From: Nitrospirota bacterium | GTDB taxonomy: Bacteria > Nitrospirota > UBA9217 | Reading direction: 5' to 3' | NCBI GenBank assembly: GCA_963754875.1 | Contig: CAVWHO010000002.1 | Span: forward strand, 20,194-84,193 | DNA length: 64,000 bases | Shown: positions 62,117 through 64,000 of the stretch, piece after piece | Position numbering within the stretch: position 1 is the first letter of the stretch | Layout of the letters: each line of letters begins with the position of its first letter | Translations under genes and position numbers: made by a program | The notes under the pieces: generated by a model | Seen by the model: the letters and a program-made list of their open reading frames with translations, nothing else | Databases searched by the model: none | Told to the model about the DNA's origin: nothing

Positions 62117-63808
62117 TCAAACGTGCGACTCTGGGAGGAAAAGGCTGAAGGTAGTGCCTATCCCGATTTTGCTGTCGACGCGAATAAATCCGTCATGTTC
62201 TTCGACGACCTTCTTGGTGATCGAGAGACCCAATCCCGTGCCTTTCAAGAGCAATTTCGTTGTAAAGAAGGGTTCGAATATTCTGTTGATGTTTTCCGCC
62301 TCGATTCCCTTACCGGTGTCCTGAACGCGTATCGCTACATACGATGTTCCGCGTACCTGCTCTTCGTCAATGCCGACCGTCAGGGTCCCGCCCTGGGACA
62401 TCGCATCAATGGCATTGGAGAGAAGGTTCTCAACTGATTGAAGTATCTGCTCCTTGTTTCCGAAGACGGCCGGGACATCCGTGAGATGACTGCTGACAAC
62501 GATGGACTTTTCCCTGCAGATGTCTTCATACATCATCAGGGCTCTCTCCATGATTTCATGAACATTGCACTCCCCCCTGCGGTCGGCGTCCCGCCGCGAG
62601 AAGAGGAGCACGTTCTGCAGGACATTTTCGAGCCTGATTGCCTCCGTGAAGATCAACCCTGCATATTTTTTTTCCTTGGTCCCTTCAGGCAGTTTATCAA
62701 GCAGCCTGTTCGCGAACCCGCCGATGGCCATCAATGGATTTTTGATCGTGTGTGAGACATTGGCCGTGATCCGCCCGAGGGCCGCAAGTTTTTCCGATTC
62801 GTTGAGCTGCTCCCGAAGACGGTTTTTTTCCTTTTCCGATTCATACCGCTCGATGAGTCCGGCAAGTGAATTTGCGATCGCTGCGAGAAATTCCTCCTCT
62901 TCCGGCATGCGCCGGTGACCGCCCATCACTGCCACGTTGATCATCCCCAGGGTCCTCTCACCGAACGCGATGGGAACGCAGTACTGCCCTCCGGATCCCG
63001 CAACGGTATACTGGATTTCGTGAGGCACCTCAAGGCAGTCGGCGGTAATGATCTGACAGGATGCCGCCTGTACAGCGGTCATGCCTTTTTCGAGGAAAAC
63101 GGTTTTGCAGGAATCCACCTGCGCCACGGAAAAGCCATGCATTGTCTTCAACTCGAGCGTTTTCGGGTCCTGGGTTGTAAGATAGATACTCCCTCTCGCA
63201 TGCCTGGCAAAACTCGGGATCGTGAGTATCAGATCGAGGACTTGGCTGAGCTGATCATCGAGCGATATGGGCTCCAGGGATATCTTCAGGACCGAGCTGA
63301 TGGTCTTCTGGATCTGGTAATTCAAGGCGATCTTGTGCTCGGCATTTTTCTGCTCCGTGATGTTCCTGACCACCGCCATGGGAAACAGTTCACCGCCCGT
63401 CGTTAAATAACTCAAGCTGATATCAATGGGGAATTCCGTGCCGTCCTTTTTCAGTCCAAACAGTTCAAGGCCGCTCCCCATGGGTCGGACATGGGGATCG
63501 GCAACATAGCCCGCCACATGCTTGCGATGACGGGCGCGAAAGCGCTCGGGCATGAGGATCTCGATATTTTTCCCGAGCAATTCCTCTTTCCGGTAGCCGA
63601 ACATTTTTTCCAGCTGAGCATTGATATGGGCGATCTTCCCTTCCTTGCTGATAAGAACCAGACCATTGGGAAGCGATTGAAGAAGCTTGTCATATTGCTG
63701 CATCGACAGCTGCAGCTCATGCCTGCCTGTTTCCAATTTTTCCTGTAGCTTCGGGGCCTCCTCCGTGTTCACGCTGAGACAATCAATTGTCGTGCACCGT
63801 TCCGTCAT
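62117..63808 (-). CDS. PAS-GAF sensor histidine kinase
   Basis: Heme-PAS-like LMPERF...H...RPMG..LELFGLKKDG; GAF; HTIKNP, NAIDA, DTGKG, GTGLGL. Confidence 0.93.
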   Translation of the reverse strand: MTERCTTIDCLSVNTEEAPKLQEKLETGRHELQLSMQQYDKLLQSLPNGLVLISKEGKIAHINAQLEKMFGYRKEELLGKNIEILMPERFRARHRKHVAGYVADPHVRPMGSGLELFGLKKDGTEFPIDISLSYLTTGGELFPMAVVRNITEQKNAEHKIALNYQIQKTISSVLKISLEPISLDDQLSQVLDLILTIPSFARHARGSIYLTTQDPKTLELKTMHGFSVAQVDSCKTVFLEKGMTAVQAASCQIITADCLEVPHEIQYTVAGSGGQYCVPIAFGERTLGMINVAVMGGHRRMPEEEEFLAAIANSLAGLIERYESEKEKNRLREQLNESEKLAALGRITANVSHTIKNPLMAIGGFANRLLDKLPEGTKEKKYAGLIFTEAIRLENVLQNVLLFSRRDADRRGECNVHEIMERALMMYEDICREKSIVVSSHLTDVPAVFGNKEQILQSVENLLSNAIDAMSQGGTLTVGIDEEQVRGTSYVAIRVQDTGKGIEAENINRIFEPFFTTKLLLKGTGLGLSITKKVVEEHDGFIRVDSKIGIGTTFSLFLPESHV

Positions 63809-63925
63809 ACTTTGTTCCTCTGAATCTATAATTCCTGAAGCATTTGATGTTTATAATTTACCACCTTTTTTGTCCTGTATCATTGCTTTTTCTTGTTTTC
63901 AGCATCAGGTTCCTCATGAAACGAC

Positions 63926-63962
63926 AAAAAAAGAGCGGAGCCGGTACTTGACCCGGCTCCGC
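63926..63962 (-). terminator. Intrinsic terminator of a gene outside the window
   Basis: GCGGAGCCGG-8 nt-CCGGCTCCGC plus a T-run on the minus strand. Confidence 0.85.
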
Positions 63963-64000
63963 CTGCACTTCGAAAAACCGACAATGATCGGCGATTACTT

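Noticed and set aside
1..64000. CRISPR arrays, tRNA/rRNA, transposases, reverse transcriptases, prophage genes
   Set aside because: No supporting repeats or motifs found by eye.

Overview
A 64 kb chromosomal window from a GC-rich Gram-negative bacterium; gene content suggests Nitrospirota or a deltaproteobacterial lineage (inference). In order it holds: (1) a two-component system tail and rlmD; (2) a Ser/Thr phospho-signalling island (two Hanks kinases, two PP2C phosphatases, two FHA proteins, two VWA domains, an FHA-sigma54 activator, a sigma54 promoter); (3) an alcohol dehydrogenase and a nitroreductase; (4) a 10 kb envelope cluster with an ExtI-like porin, three Ig-domain lipoproteins (one with a His/Cys-rich putative propeller ending in CX6CH), a YtkA-like protein, a second putative barrel, an RnfG-like protein and a MacB/LolD-type ABC transporter; (5) a duplicated GT-C plus flavoenzyme glycan locus with two radical SAM enzymes; (6) a candidate structured sRNA; (7) housekeeping genes (secA, csp, M23 peptidase, cutA, lptD, folC, murI, GerMN protein, amidase, dinG); (8) miscellaneous accessory genes. 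Many genes, essential ones included, are broken by single-base indels that are best read as sequencing or assembly errors. No CRISPR array, rRNA, tRNA, transposase or prophage was seen. The best candidates for undescribed systems are the envelope cluster (15.5-25 kb) and the FHA/VWA/sigma54 circuit (2-12.6 kb). All family assignments come from motifs read by eye and from memory; no searches were run.
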